64,000 bases of DNA from Opitutia bacterium (GTDB lineage: Bacteria; Verrucomicrobiota; Verrucomicrobiia; Opitutales; T3Sed10-336): positions 1-64,000 of the forward strand of contig JBJHCF010000019.1 in the NCBI GenBank assembly GCA_050506795.1, written 5' to 3'. The notes under the pieces are model-generated. The model worked only from the letters and a program-made list of their open reading frames with translations. It ran no database searches and was not told the DNA's origin. Below, piece after piece: positions 8,952-19,712 of this stretch (the first letter of the stretch is position 1; every line of letters starts with the position of its first letter). The position numbers were made by a program, and so were the translations under genes.

Positions 8952-9545
8952 ATGAGTACAGAAATTAGCGCGAAAGTGGTGGCCGATCTTCGGAAAAAGA
9001 CCGGCGCCGGATTGATGGATTGCAAGAAGGCACTGGTCGAAGCCGGTGGCGATTTGGAGGAGGCATCGACCATTCTCCGGAAAAAAGGCATCGCCTCGGC
9101 TGACAAGAAGGCCGGTCGCTCGACTCAGGAAGGTCTGATCGAGACCTATATTCACGTCGGCGGCAAGGTCGGGGTCATGATCGAGATCAACTGTGAAACC
9201 GATTTTGTGGCCAAGACGGATGATTTCAAGAGCCTGGCTCGCGACATTTGCCTGCATATCGCGGCGTCCAGTCCCACCTGTGTGCGCCGTGAGGAGGTGC
9301 CGGAGGAGATTCTGAAAGCCGAGCGGGAAATCGCCGCCGCCCAGGCCGAAGGCAAGCCGGCACACGCCATCGAAAAGATCGTCGAAGGCAAGCTGGAAAA
9401 ATACTATGCCACCGCGTGTCTTTTGGACCAACCCTTCGTTAAGAACCCGGATCAGACGGTGAACGAGTTGATTAAGTCCGCCGTTGCCAAGCTGGGTGAG
9501 AATATTGTGGTTTCGCGTTTTGCGCGATTCCAGATCGGGGAGTAA
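8952..9545 (+). CDS. tsf: Translation elongation factor Ts (short form)
   Basis: LRKKTGAGLMDCKKAL, EINCETDFVA. Confidence 0.98.
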   Translation: MSTEISAKVVADLRKKTGAGLMDCKKALVEAGGDLEEASTILRKKGIASADKKAGRSTQEGLIETYIHVGGKVGVMIEINCETDFVAKTDDFKSLARDICLHIAASSPTCVRREEVPEEILKAEREIAAAQAEGKPAHAIEKIVEGKLEKYYATACLLDQPFVKNPDQTVNELIKSAVAKLGENIVVSRFARFQIGE

Positions 9546-9555
9546 GAGTTTTTTT

Positions 9556-9593
9556 AGCAATGTGGCGGCAGGTAATTCTGCCGCCACATTGCT
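9556..9593. terminator. Hairpin terminator between convergent tsf and sigma genes
   Basis: AGCAATGTGGCGGCAG-GTAATT-CTGCCGCCACATTGCT, perfect 16-bp stem. Confidence 0.8.
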
Positions 9594-9658
9594 TTGGTAA
9601 AGGCAGTTCCATACCGGCACGGGCCCCGTTTAGAAAAAAACGGCTCCGGTTTTCCCGG

Positions 9659-10759
9659 TCAGGAGGTTTCTTCCTTGGCCTGTTTCTGAAAAAAGTCGCG
9701 CAACACCTGCATGCGCTGACGTTCGCGATTTTCTTCGGCAATCTCCTCCGAAGTCCGCTGCTTTTCGATGTTGCCCATGGCTTTATGCATTTTGGAGAGG
9801 GCAATGTTCTGCAACTGGCGCACCCGTTCGCGGGTGATGTTGAATTCCTGTCCGACTTCCTCCAGCGTAAGCGGGGGTTCGCCGCTCAATCCGAAGCGAA
9901 GATCAATGATTTTCGCTTCCCGTGCATCCAGGCGATTAAGCATGTCCGCAACGTCGCTGCGAATCGATTTATCGTTTAAGGTTTCGTAGGGAGTGGGGGC
10001 GTTTTCGTCGCCCACCAGCTCACCGAAATTGGTATCGTCTCCGTCACCGATGGGAGCGTCCAAAGAGGTTGGGCGGACACTGACGGTTTTGAGGTGGGCC
10101 ACCTTGTTGACCGGCATCTGCATCTCTTCGGCGATTTCGTCGTCGGTGGGTTCGCGTCCCAGTTCTTCGGTCAACTGCATGATCATCTTGCGCATGCGGG
10201 CGATTTTGTCGACCAGGTGAACCGGCAAACGGATGGTTTTGCTCTGGTTGGCAAGCGCGCGTTTGATGGACTGCTTGATCCACCAGGCGGCATAAGTGCT
10301 GAGTTTACCTCCCTTTTGCGGATCAAAACGCTCCACCGCCTTAATCAGGCCGATATTGCCTTCGCTGATCAGGTCAACCAGGGGAAGACCGAAGTTATTG
10401 TAGTCGTGGGCAATTTTGACGACCAGGCGCAGGTTGGATTTGATCATGAGGTCTCGTGCCTCTTTGTCGCCTTTTTTGATTCTGGCGGCCAGTGTGACTT
10501 CCTCATGCGGTTTCAGCAGGGGAATCTTGCCGATTTCCTGGAGATAAATATTAATGCTGCTCCGTTCGGTGGCTTCCGGATAGTCGGACGCGGGCGTAGC
10601 GCGTCTGCTCCGCGCGGGAGCGGATGGTTTTTCCGATTCGCGCCGAGCCAGGGGCTTCGGAGCCGGCTCTTCGCTGCCGTTACGCGCCACCCTTCCGGAG
10701 CGAACACTCCGGTTGGGGCTTTTTCTCTGGCGCGGCTTTGTTTCTTTGGTCATTAGCAT
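9659..10759 (-). CDS. RNA polymerase sigma70 factor, RpoD/SigA family (no region 1.1)
   Basis: YLQEIG, SNLRLVV.IA, DLISEGNIGL, STYAAWWIKQSI, TLEEVG..F.ITRERVRQ. Confidence 0.93.
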   Translation of the reverse strand: MLMTKETKPRQRKSPNRSVRSGRVARNGSEEPAPKPLARRESEKPSAPARSRRATPASDYPEATERSSINIYLQEIGKIPLLKPHEEVTLAARIKKGDKEARDLMIKSNLRLVVKIAHDYNNFGLPLVDLISEGNIGLIKAVERFDPQKGGKLSTYAAWWIKQSIKRALANQSKTIRLPVHLVDKIARMRKMIMQLTEELGREPTDDEIAEEMQMPVNKVAHLKTVSVRPTSLDAPIGDGDDTNFGELVGDENAPTPYETLNDKSIRSDVADMLNRLDAREAKIIDLRFGLSGEPPLTLEEVGQEFNITRERVRQLQNIALSKMHKAMGNIEKQRTSEEIAEENRERQRMQVLRDFFQKQAKEETS

Positions 10760-11158
10760 GGCGGGTGTGGTTCTATTTAAAGTGGAAACCGAATTTTACG
10801 GCTTGTTCCCTGATTGAATCGCGGAAAGTTAAGGTATGGTCAGCGGTTGATAAGTATGATCTCCCGGGCCGCCGATTTATTCCCTTTGCAAACACGATTT
10901 GCGGCGATTGTGGAGCCAATGGGATAAGCCTCTTTCAATCAGATGGTTAATGTTAAGGTGGGGGGGATCGTCATTCGATGCTCAACAGTACAGTGACGAT
11001 TGCGGATCCTTGATGATAATCGTGAATATCACCTTTCCTGGGGCTGCGGCATCTCGTTTCCCGGCGGCGAATTTAGATTCGCGGGTTTGAGGTGTATCGG
11101 TGCAGGCGAGGAAGTTCGATTGTTTCCGGGCGCTGTTTCCGGTGTTTGCTGACTTGGC

Positions 11159-12655
11159 TCAGCCCTCGGAAATTGCCTCGGCGATGCGGATGGCCTTGAG
11201 CATTCCCTTGGCTTTGTCCACAGTTTCCTGAAATTCGCGGGATGGGACCGAGTCGGCGACCAGCCCGGCGCCTGACTGTACGAAAATTCGCTTGTCCTTC
11301 AGGAAGGCGGTGCGAATAGCGATGCAGGAATCCAGGTTACCGTGGTAACTGAAATATCCGAGCGCGCCACCATAGATGCCCCGACGATCAGGCTCCATTT
11401 CAGAAATAATTTGCATGGCCCGCACCTTGGGCGCCCCGGAAAGCGTGCCGGCGGGAAAGGTGGCCCGCATCAGATCGAAGGCGTTTTTTCCTTCCGCGAT
11501 GCGCCCCTCGACCTGGGACACGATATGCATCACGTGGGAATAGTGTTCGACAAACATGTAGTGGGGGACGTTCACACTGCCGTAACGGCAGACTCGGCCG
11601 ATGTCGTTACGGGCCAGGTCGACCAGCATCAAATGTTCCGCCTTTTCCTTATCGTCGGCCAGAAGTTCCAGTTCGGTTTTTGCGTCCTCCGCGGCGTTAC
11701 GACCGCGGGGACGGGTACCGGCGATTGGTCGGATTTCCACCTTTTCGCCGGTGAGTTTGACGTGAACCTCGGGAGAAGCGCCCACCACGGCGAAATCCGC
11801 GGTTTCCAGAAGAAACATGTAGGGGGACGGGTTGACGGTGCGCAGGGCGCGGTACAGATCCAGGGGCGCCGGCGCGAAATCTTGTTCGAAGCGCTGAGAG
11901 AGCACCACCTGAATGATGTCTCCGGCGCGAATGTATTCCTTGGCCCGTTCGACCAGGTTTTCGAAGTCCGGCCGCGAGAAATTCCCGGGCGGAACCTGGA
12001 TACTTTCGGGTTCCGCCAGCGGGGCCGGTGCTACGCCTCCAGGTTTCGCCACCAGGGCGCGCAAATTCTCGATCTCATTAAGAGCGGCGTCGTAGGCGCC
12101 ATCGGTATCCCCGTTCCGGATATGGGCGTTGACGCAGAGGCGCAGGGTCTGCCGTACCCGGTCGAAAACCAGCACCGAGTCGATGAGCATAAAAAACAGG
12201 GGGGGCGCCCCGGTGGCATCGTTTGCCGGTTGCTTGGGGGCGACCGGTTCGAGGTGATGCACGTATTCATAACCGAGAAAACCGACGGCGCCGCCTGTGA
12301 ACGGGGGGAGTTCCGTTTGTTGCACCGGGCGGTATCCCGACATTTCCTCCTCGATCAAACAAAGGGGATCCTCCGGAGCGGGAATCGAGCGGGTCGTTCC
12401 ATCTGATTCCGTGACAGTGGCGTTGCGGTCTTCGACCCGGAAGATTCTCCGGGGCCGGCAGCCAAGAAAGGTGTAGCGATAGACGTTTTCCCCGCCCTCA
12501 ACCGATTCAAAGAGGAAAGCCGGGCCGTTGCGGTTGAGTTTGGAGTAGAGAGATACCGGAGTCTCGAAGTCGGCCATCAATTCCGTGTGGACGGTTACGA
12601 TGTTACCCTCTTGGGCCAGGCGCCGGAAGGTGTCTCTATCGGGATGAATCTTCAT
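11159..12655 (-). CDS. trpE: Anthranilate synthase component I
   Basis: FLFESVEGG, NPSPYM, PIAGTRPRG, EHLMLVDLARND, FPAGTLSGAPK. Confidence 0.95.
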   Translation of the reverse strand: MKIHPDRDTFRRLAQEGNIVTVHTELMADFETPVSLYSKLNRNGPAFLFESVEGGENVYRYTFLGCRPRRIFRVEDRNATVTESDGTTRSIPAPEDPLCLIEEEMSGYRPVQQTELPPFTGGAVGFLGYEYVHHLEPVAPKQPANDATGAPPLFFMLIDSVLVFDRVRQTLRLCVNAHIRNGDTDGAYDAALNEIENLRALVAKPGGVAPAPLAEPESIQVPPGNFSRPDFENLVERAKEYIRAGDIIQVVLSQRFEQDFAPAPLDLYRALRTVNPSPYMFLLETADFAVVGASPEVHVKLTGEKVEIRPIAGTRPRGRNAAEDAKTELELLADDKEKAEHLMLVDLARNDIGRVCRYGSVNVPHYMFVEHYSHVMHIVSQVEGRIAEGKNAFDLMRATFPAGTLSGAPKVRAMQIISEMEPDRRGIYGGALGYFSYHGNLDSCIAIRTAFLKDKRIFVQSGAGLVADSVPSREFQETVDKAKGMLKAIRIAEAISEG

Positions 12656-12785
12656 GCGTGAAAACGGATGGGCGGATGCTGACAGCGGTTGAGCCGCGGC
12701 GCAATTATTTTCAAATTTGATTGTTCCCCAGTCCTTAACGGGTTATAGATGAGGACAGAACGAAAAATTCTCAACACCACCTCTT

Positions 12786-14066
12786 ATGACGCCCAACATT
12801 CTGTGTGTTATTATGGGCGGCGGCCGCGGGTCCCGCTTGCATCCTTTAACTAAACAGCGCTGCAAACCAGCGGTACCCCTTGCGGGGAAGTATCGTTTGG
12901 TGGATATCCCCATCAGCAACTGCCTGAATTCCGGTATGAACCGGATTTATGTTCTGACGCAGTTCAATACCGCATCCCTGCATCGGCACATCCAGGATTC
13001 CTATAAGTTCGATCCTTTCGGGGGCGGTTTTGTTGATATTCTGTCGGCGGAACAGACCGAAGAGGGGGATTATTGGTATCAGGGAACCGCGGACGCGGTC
13101 CGGCAAAATCTGCACCATTTCGGTGATCATGATCACGACCTGATACTGATTCTTTCCGGCGATCAGCTTTACCGTATGGATTTCCGGGAGATTGTGGGGC
13201 AGCACCTCAAGAACGGAGCCGATTTGACGGTGGCAGCCAAACCGATCCCGGCTAAGGAGGTGTTGGGCCTCGGCTTGATGCGGGTCGGCGTCGATCTGGA
13301 CATCCAGGAGTTTGTGGAAAAACCGACGGACCCGAAGGTCATTGAAGAGTTGGCCATGGCGAAGGAAATCGAAAGCCGGCTCCCGGAATCGAGCGGGGAA
13401 AAGCGCTGCCTTGCTTCCATGGGGATCTATGTGTTCAACCGCAATGTGCTGGAAAGTGCGTTGCGCAACGACATGGCGGATTTTGGCAAAGAGGTCATCC
13501 CGGGTCTGTTGGGACACTGCAAGCTGCAAAGTTTCATCTTTGACGACTACTGGGAGGACATTGGTACGGTGCGGTCGTTCTTTGAAGCCAACCTGGAACT
13601 CACGGACCGTTTGCCCCGCTTCAATTTCTTTATGCCCGACTGCCCGGTTTACACCCACGCCCGTTATCTTCCGGCCTCGAAAATCAACCGTTGTACCCTG
13701 GACCGGGCGCTGGTGGCCGATGGCTGTATCATTTCCGACGCCAAGGTGGTCCGCTCGGTCGTCGGAGTCCGCTCGTTTATCAACGAAGGGTGCGATTTGG
13801 ACAGCGTCGTCGTCATGGGAGCGGATTATTTCGAGGCCCCCGAGCATATCGCGGCGAACCGCGATAAGGGGATCCCGGATATCGGGATCGGTTCGGGAAG
13901 CCGGATACATCATGCGATCATTGACAAGAACGCGCGTATCGGAAAAAACGTGGTCCTGTCGCCCAAGAACCGTACCGATGCCGTGATCTGCGAGGGGGTT
14001 ACGGTCCGCGACGGGGTTCTTCTGGTCGCCAAAAATACCGTGATTCCCGATAATTCTGAACTCTGA
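12786..14066 (+). CDS. glgC: Glucose-1-phosphate adenylyltransferase
   Basis: GGGRGSRL.PLT..R.KPAVP, WYQGTADAVRQ, SGDQLYRMD, YWEDIGT. Confidence 0.96.
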   Translation: MTPNILCVIMGGGRGSRLHPLTKQRCKPAVPLAGKYRLVDIPISNCLNSGMNRIYVLTQFNTASLHRHIQDSYKFDPFGGGFVDILSAEQTEEGDYWYQGTADAVRQNLHHFGDHDHDLILILSGDQLYRMDFREIVGQHLKNGADLTVAAKPIPAKEVLGLGLMRVGVDLDIQEFVEKPTDPKVIEELAMAKEIESRLPESSGEKRCLASMGIYVFNRNVLESALRNDMADFGKEVIPGLLGHCKLQSFIFDDYWEDIGTVRSFFEANLELTDRLPRFNFFMPDCPVYTHARYLPASKINRCTLDRALVADGCIISDAKVVRSVVGVRSFINEGCDLDSVVVMGADYFEAPEHIAANRDKGIPDIGIGSGSRIHHAIIDKNARIGKNVVLSPKNRTDAVICEGVTVRDGVLLVAKNTVIPDNSEL

Positions 14067-14076
14067 GGCTGCCATT

Positions 14077-14925
14077 ATGAAAAAGTTTCTTGTCTGTACT
14101 GATGGGTCCCAATACTCGCGGGTATGCTGTGAGTACGCTCGTTGGCTTGCGGCGCGGGTCGGCGGGTCGGTCGATGCGATCTATGTTACCGATCTTCGGC
14201 GATTTGAAATGCCGTTCATCACCGATCTGAGCGGCAGTCTGGGGATCCAGCCCTACCAGGGGATGATCGGCCAATTGAAGGAGATCGAAGAGCGCAAGGC
14301 CGAGGCGATCAAGGAGGATACACTCAAGATCCTGCAGAAGGCTGATCCCGGCCTGGAGGTCGTGTTTCATCACCGTACCGGATTGCTGGTCGATTTGCTG
14401 GAGGAAATGGAGGAGGGGTGCGACCTGGTGATGCTGGGCAAGAGAGGCGAAAGTGCCGAAGCCGCCGTGGAACACCTGGGCTCGACCATGGAGCGTGTGG
14501 TTCGCGCCAGCGGAAAGCCCTGTCTGGTCACTTCGCGCAGCTTTCGTGAGATCCGCAAGCTGTTGCTGGCTTTCGATGGCGGGAAGAGCTGTCTGAAAGC
14601 GCTTGATTTTCTGGGCCGAAGCGCCGCATTCCGTGAACTCGAGCTCCATGTGGTCGTGGTGGCGGAGGACCCGGACCAGGAGGACAGCGGTTTGCGACAG
14701 TTACGTGACGTTGAGGATCGACTGAAGGACGCCGGGTATAAACTTAACTGTCAAATGTTGCACGGCACCCCTGAAGATCAAATTGCCGATTATGTCGGAA
14801 AACAGGCGATCGATCTATTGGTGATGGGGGCTTACGGTCATAGCCGGATACGTCATTTATTGATCGGGAGCACGACCACGGAAATGATACGTCGCTGCCG
14901 GATTCCGGTATTGCTTTTCCGTTAG
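14077..14925 (+). CDS. Universal stress protein (tandem Usp domains)
   Basis: LVCTDGS, LVMLGKRG, LLVMGAYGHSR..LLIGSTT. Confidence 0.92.
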   Translation: MKKFLVCTDGSQYSRVCCEYARWLAARVGGSVDAIYVTDLRRFEMPFITDLSGSLGIQPYQGMIGQLKEIEERKAEAIKEDTLKILQKADPGLEVVFHHRTGLLVDLLEEMEEGCDLVMLGKRGESAEAAVEHLGSTMERVVRASGKPCLVTSRSFREIRKLLLAFDGGKSCLKALDFLGRSAAFRELELHVVVVAEDPDQEDSGLRQLRDVEDRLKDAGYKLNCQMLHGTPEDQIADYVGKQAIDLLVMGAYGHSRIRHLLIGSTTTEMIRRCRIPVLLFR

Positions 14926-14983
14926 GCACGTTTGCCGGACTATCCGGATCTCCCGGCCGTGTTTCCTCGTCCGGAAGGCGCGG

Positions 14984-15805
14984 TCAATTTGCCGCGGCGC
15001 GTTTGCGAGCAATCAGTATGATTGCGAGCCCGGCAACGGCGAGGAACAAGGAGTAGAAAATCCCCCGGCTCATCCCCAGAATCAGGCCGGCGTCCGGCTC
15101 GCGGAAGAATTCGCAGAAGATACGAGCTACGGCGTACAGCAGCAGAAACTCTCCACTCAATTGGCCGGGATGGGTCCGGGTGACGTCCGTTTTCCAAAAG
15201 CGGAATTGAAGGTAAACCAGGAGAAAAGCACCCTCCAGGGCGGCTTCATAGAGTTGTGAGGGATGACGCGGCGGAATAGCTTCCACTGGAAAGCCCGGAG
15301 CGCTCGCGGGGAAAATAACCGCCCAGGAAACCTCGGTGATCCGGCCGTACAGTTCTCCATTTATGAAGTTGGCGATGCGCCCGAGGAGCAGTCCCGGCGG
15401 CGCCAGGGTGACAAACAGATCGCTGACTTGCAGGAGCGGCAGTTTCTGGGTGCGAGCGATCCACAGGAGGGCCAAGACGCCTCCCAGAAAGCCTCCATGG
15501 CTGGCCATTCCTCCCTCCCATACCTTGAACAGCACCAGAGGATTCTGCAGGAACCCGGTGAGATCATAAAAGAGCATGTACCCCAGGCGACCTCCCGCCA
15601 GTATGCCGATTATGATGGCGAAAAGGGCGTTGCTTTGTTGCTCGGGACCCAGAGGCGAACGGCCTTTGCGGTGGTAGAGGGCCAGCAGAGCGTAGGCAAT
15701 GAGAAAGCTTAGCAGGTAGGCGAGGCCGTAGTAGCGAATGCCGAAGTTTTCTCCAAAACGAAACAGAAACGGGTCGAGATCGTGTATCCAGTAGTTGTTT
15801 TCCAT
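14984..15805 (-). CDS. lgt: Prolipoprotein diacylglyceryl transferase
   Basis: IRYYGLAY, GGMASHGG, GRIANFINGELYGR, RHPSQLYE, EFFREPD. Confidence 0.96.
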   Translation of the reverse strand: MENNYWIHDLDPFLFRFGENFGIRYYGLAYLLSFLIAYALLALYHRKGRSPLGPEQQSNALFAIIIGILAGGRLGYMLFYDLTGFLQNPLVLFKVWEGGMASHGGFLGGVLALLWIARTQKLPLLQVSDLFVTLAPPGLLLGRIANFINGELYGRITEVSWAVIFPASAPGFPVEAIPPRHPSQLYEAALEGAFLLVYLQFRFWKTDVTRTHPGQLSGEFLLLYAVARIFCEFFREPDAGLILGMSRGIFYSLFLAVAGLAIILIARKRAAAN

Positions 15806-15827
15806 TTCTCCCTCGAGGGCTTCGGCT

Positions 15828-16943
15828 TTAGGCCGGTTTATCGCCGCTGCCTTTGGTGGTCGGCGCCTCCGATGGTGCGGGCGTCAGTTGCTCCCTGGCT
15901 GCGCGGAGCTGGCGGCTCTGTTTGGCAATTTGGTTTCGTTTGCGTGCCAGTTCCCGCATGTCCACCGCCAGATCGTCTTTTTCGAATATTTCGCGTCCGA
16001 TGATCTGTTCCATGATGTCCTCCATCGTCACGACACCGGCAACCGAACCAAACTCGTCCACCACGACCGCCAGTTGTTGATGCGTGCGCAGGAAGGTTTG
16101 CAGGGCGGCGGCAGCGGTTACGGTTTCCGGAATAAAATGAATCTCCTGCTTGAGTTCATCCACGATTTTTTCCTCTTCACCTCCGGCCAGGGCGTGCAGC
16201 ATGTCACGACGACGAACTATGCCGACGATGTCGTCGATGGATTCATCGTACACCGGCATGCGGGCGAACGGGATATTGGTGAATTCGTTGAGGACCTCCT
16301 TGACCGTCTTGTTCCTGTCAATGGCTGTCACTACCGTGCGCGGCGTCATGATTTCACTGACTCGAACATCGTCGAGTGTGAGAGCGTTCGCAATCATGTT
16401 GAGCTCGCTCTTGGTCAGGTGTCCGCCCTTTTCACTTTTTTCCGCCAGAAGCATGATCTCTTCTTCCGGGGGTTTGGGCTCGAATTTATGAGGGAGGATC
16501 AGACGGGTGACCATGCTTTCGGTCAGCCAGGTAACCGGACGCAGGATAATCCCCATGTAGGCGAGAGGATAGACTGCGTAGGGCTGAAGGGGAACGCGAT
16601 AGGCCACCCCGATATTTTTGGGGATGATTTCCGAAAAGATCAGGATGCCAAACGTCATGCCACCTGCGACCACGCCCACCCAACCCTGGCCGAACTGCCG
16701 GGCGGTGATCCAGCCGATGAGGATACTGCCCAGGGTATTGGCCACCGTATTGAGGGTGAGGATGGTGGAAATGGTTTCGTTGATGCCATCCTTGAGAGAT
16801 TCCAGCATTTGGCCGCGACGCGGGTACTTCTTCTTGAGCGCCTCAATCTCAGTCGGAGTCGTGCTCAGAATGAGGGCTTCCATGACGGAGCAAAATGCTG
16901 ATACGCCGAGCGTGAAAGCGACAGCCAGAATAAATGGAAGCAT
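15828..16943 (-). CDS. CNNM/DUF21-CBS (hemolysin/CorC-like) membrane protein
   Basis: SAFCSVMEA, FSEIIPK, IMTPR, VVDEFGSVAGVVTMEDIME. Confidence 0.9.
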   Translation of the reverse strand: MLPFILAVAFTLGVSAFCSVMEALILSTTPTEIEALKKKYPRRGQMLESLKDGINETISTILTLNTVANTLGSILIGWITARQFGQGWVGVVAGGMTFGILIFSEIIPKNIGVAYRVPLQPYAVYPLAYMGIILRPVTWLTESMVTRLILPHKFEPKPPEEEIMLLAEKSEKGGHLTKSELNMIANALTLDDVRVSEIMTPRTVVTAIDRNKTVKEVLNEFTNIPFARMPVYDESIDDIVGIVRRRDMLHALAGGEEEKIVDELKQEIHFIPETVTAAAALQTFLRTHQQLAVVVDEFGSVAGVVTMEDIMEQIIGREIFEKDDLAVDMRELARKRNQIAKQSRQLRAAREQLTPAPSEAPTTKGSGDKPA

Positions 16944-16964
16944 TGTGCGGGTTGGAAATTGTCG

Positions 16965-17004
16965 CCGGAACCGCCGGGAAAAAGTCTGTTCCCGGCGGTT
17001 CCGG
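16965..17004. other. Strong intergenic hairpin downstream of ilvB (terminator or stability element)
   Basis: CCGGAACCGCCGGGAA-N8-TTCCCGGCGGTTCCGG; no clear U-tract. Confidence 0.6.
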
Positions 17005-17021
17005 GGAGCGCGAACGCGGAC

Positions 17022-18800
17022 CTACTCGATAATCATTTCGGCCACGGTCTTGCCCGACGGAATCATCGGCAACACGTGTTCAGTGTAGGGAACGATGACG
17101 TCGAGAACGTAAGGGCCGTCGTGGGCGAGCATTTCCTGCATGGCGTCTTTCAACTCCTCCTTTTTGTAAACCATGCGTGCCGGGACGCCGAATCCCTTGG
17201 CGATTTCCACGAAGTTCGGATAAAGTCCGGGCAGATTGTCGGGACCGCCGATATTTCCCTTGTCGCCCAGGATCGTGTGTGCCCGGGCGCTATTGTAAAA
17301 GCGGTCTTCCCACTGCACGACCATGCCCAGGTGCTGGTTGTTGAGGACCAGGGCTTTGGCGCCGATATTTTCGATCCTGGCGGTCGCCAGTTCCTGGATA
17401 TTCATCAGGAATGAGCCGTCTCCGTCGATATCGATTACCTCGCGATCGGGTTGGGCCATCTTGGCTCCGAGGGCGGCGGGGTAGCCGAAGCCCATCGCCC
17501 CCAGGCCGAGCGAGCTGATGAAACTGCGCGGTTTGACGAAGTCGTAGAACTGAGCCGCCCACATTTGGTGCTGACCGACCCCGGTTGTGATAATCGCCTC
17601 GCCTTTGGTCAGCTCGAAGAGCATGCGGATGGCTTCCTGTGCGAGGATGAAGCGTCCGTCGGGTGATTCCTTGTAAGAAAACGGGTACTTTGCCTTCCAT
17701 TCTTCGATACGTTGCATCCAGGCCGATCGGTCGGGCGCTTCGAAACCGGCTTTGGCCATGAGTTCGTTCATGCGGCCAAGGGCATGTTTGATGCCCGAGA
17801 CGATGGGGTATTGAACCACCTTGTTTTTATTGTGCTCGGAAGCATCGATATCGATGTGGACGATGGTGGCCTGCGGAGCGAATTTGGTGACCTCGCCGGT
17901 GATCCGGTCGTCAAACCGGACTCCGAAGGCCAAAAGGAGGTCGGATTCGTGAACGGCGTAGTTTCCAGCCACGGTTCCGTGCATCCCGAACCATTTCAGT
18001 GAAAGAGGATGGGTTTCCGGAAAACAACCGACTCCCATCAAGGTCGAGGTCACCGGTATCCGCGTGCGCTCGGCAAACTCGAAAAGCTCGGGGTGAGCGT
18101 CTCCGGAAATAATGCCACCGCCGACATAAAGGACCGGGCGTTTGGCCCGCGCGATCAAAGCAATCACCTCTTCGAGTTGCGTGTCAGCGGCTTTCATTGC
18201 CGGTTCGTAACTGCGGATTTCCGTCTTCGCCGGATAGACCGGTTGGATGACGGCCTGCTGAACGTCTTTGGGAATGTCGATCAAAACCGGACCGGGCCGT
18301 CCGGAGGTGGCCAGGAAAAAGGCTTCCTTGATAATCCTGGGGAGATCCTCGGCATTGAGCACCAGGTAGCTATGTTTGACGATGGGCAGGGTCATCCCGA
18401 AGATATCGGTCTCCTGAAAAGCGCTTTTGCCGATAAACTGCTGCTTGACCTGCCCGGTAATGGCTACCAGCGGCGTACTGTCCATGTAGGCGTCGGCGAT
18501 CGCCGTGATCAAATTGGTGGCGCCCGGACCGCTTGTCGCCATGCAAACCCCGGCTTTCCCGGTGGTACGGGCGTAACCTTCCGCCGCGAACCCGCCTCCC
18601 TGTTCGTGGCGAGGCAGGATGGTGCGAATCTTGTCACATTTGGCCAGGGCCTGATGAAGGTCCTGGGATGCCCCGCCGGGGTAGGCGAAAATCACTTCTA
18701 CTCCCTCACGCACCAGGCAGTCGATGGCGATTTCGGCGCCTTTCATCTCCTTGCCGATTTCGGGCTTTGGGAACTCGGTGATTAACGGGTCGGTTTTCAT
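17022..18800 (-). CDS. ilvB: Acetolactate synthase large subunit
   Basis: [45 protein letters not shown] motif. Confidence 0.95.
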   Translation of the reverse strand: MKTDPLITEFPKPEIGKEMKGAEIAIDCLVREGVEVIFAYPGGASQDLHQALAKCDKIRTILPRHEQGGGFAAEGYARTTGKAGVCMATSGPGATNLITAIADAYMDSTPLVAITGQVKQQFIGKSAFQETDIFGMTLPIVKHSYLVLNAEDLPRIIKEAFFLATSGRPGPVLIDIPKDVQQAVIQPVYPAKTEIRSYEPAMKAADTQLEEVIALIARAKRPVLYVGGGIISGDAHPELFEFAERTRIPVTSTLMGVGCFPETHPLSLKWFGMHGTVAGNYAVHESDLLLAFGVRFDDRITGEVTKFAPQATIVHIDIDASEHNKNKVVQYPIVSGIKHALGRMNELMAKAGFEAPDRSAWMQRIEEWKAKYPFSYKESPDGRFILAQEAIRMLFELTKGEAIITTGVGQHQMWAAQFYDFVKPRSFISSLGLGAMGFGYPAALGAKMAQPDREVIDIDGDGSFLMNIQELATARIENIGAKALVLNNQHLGMVVQWEDRFYNSARAHTILGDKGNIGGPDNLPGLYPNFVEIAKGFGVPARMVYKKEELKDAMQEMLAHDGPYVLDVIVPYTEHVLPMIPSGKTVAEMIIE

Positions 18801-18911
18801 GGTTTGGTTACGGTTCAAAACGAAAAAAATAACTCTTGGAAAGGAGGTATTGCAAGCCGGTTTTCAGATTCGGCATTGAAGTTTTCCCTGAGCCGGACTC
18901 AAACTGTATCG

Positions 18912-19697
18912 GTGAAAAAAGTCATGTTCCTGGGCGATATCGTGGGCCGGCCCGGCCGGGTTTTTCTGGCGGAGCGATTGAGTTCGATGCGGCGTAAGCA
19001 CGGGATCGATCTGGTGGTGGCCAACGGAGAGAACGCGGCAGGCGGTTCCGGCCTCAATGGCCGGATCGCCGCCGAGCTGGCGTCCATCGGCGTGGATGGA
19101 ATCACCTTGGGGGATCATGTATGGGATCAGAAGTCTTTTCCCCGCGAAATCGTGGACCTCGAATACGTCTGCCGTCCGGCTAATCTGGTTGAATCGTGCC
19201 CCGGGGCTTCAAGTCTGGTGCTGGAAAAAGGCGGTTTTCGACTGGGGGTTTTTACCGTTATGGGCCGGGTTTTTATGGCGCCCTGTGATTGTCCCTTCCG
19301 GACCGCCGACCGAATGCTGACGGCTTTGAAGGAGGAATCCGATGCTGTTTTGGTTGAGATCCACGGAGAGGCCACCTCGGAAAAAGTGGCGTTGGGCTGG
19401 CACCTCGACGGACGGGTCGCGGCGGTTATCGGAACCCACACCCATATCCCGACCGCGGATGCCCGGATTCTGCCCAAGGGAACCGCTTACCTGACCGACG
19501 CCGGCATGACGGGTCCATTCCAATCCGTGCTCGGCCGGGAAATCGAACCCGTACTGGGCCGATTTATCGATGGCATGCCTCGGCGATTCGAAGTCGCCTC
19601 GGGCGATGTCCGCATCTGTGGCGCGGTCATTGAAATCGACGAATCGCGTGGATTGGCGCGGAGCATCGAGCCGGTCATGGTTTGCCGCGAAATGTAG
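18912..19697 (+). CDS. YmdB/TIGR00282-family metallophosphoesterase
   Basis: [39 protein letters not shown]. Confidence 0.92.
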   Translation: MKKVMFLGDIVGRPGRVFLAERLSSMRRKHGIDLVVANGENAAGGSGLNGRIAAELASIGVDGITLGDHVWDQKSFPREIVDLEYVCRPANLVESCPGASSLVLEKGGFRLGVFTVMGRVFMAPCDCPFRTADRMLTALKEESDAVLVEIHGEATSEKVALGWHLDGRVAAVIGTHTHIPTADARILPKGTAYLTDAGMTGPFQSVLGREIEPVLGRFIDGMPRRFEVASGDVRICGAVIEIDESRGLARSIEPVMVCREM

Positions 19698-19712
19698 TGG
19701 GAATGCGATCTT

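Noticed and set aside
10760..11158. 400-bp intergenic region as ncRNA or riboswitch
   Set aside because: No recognisable RNA family motif; probably the sigma promoter region
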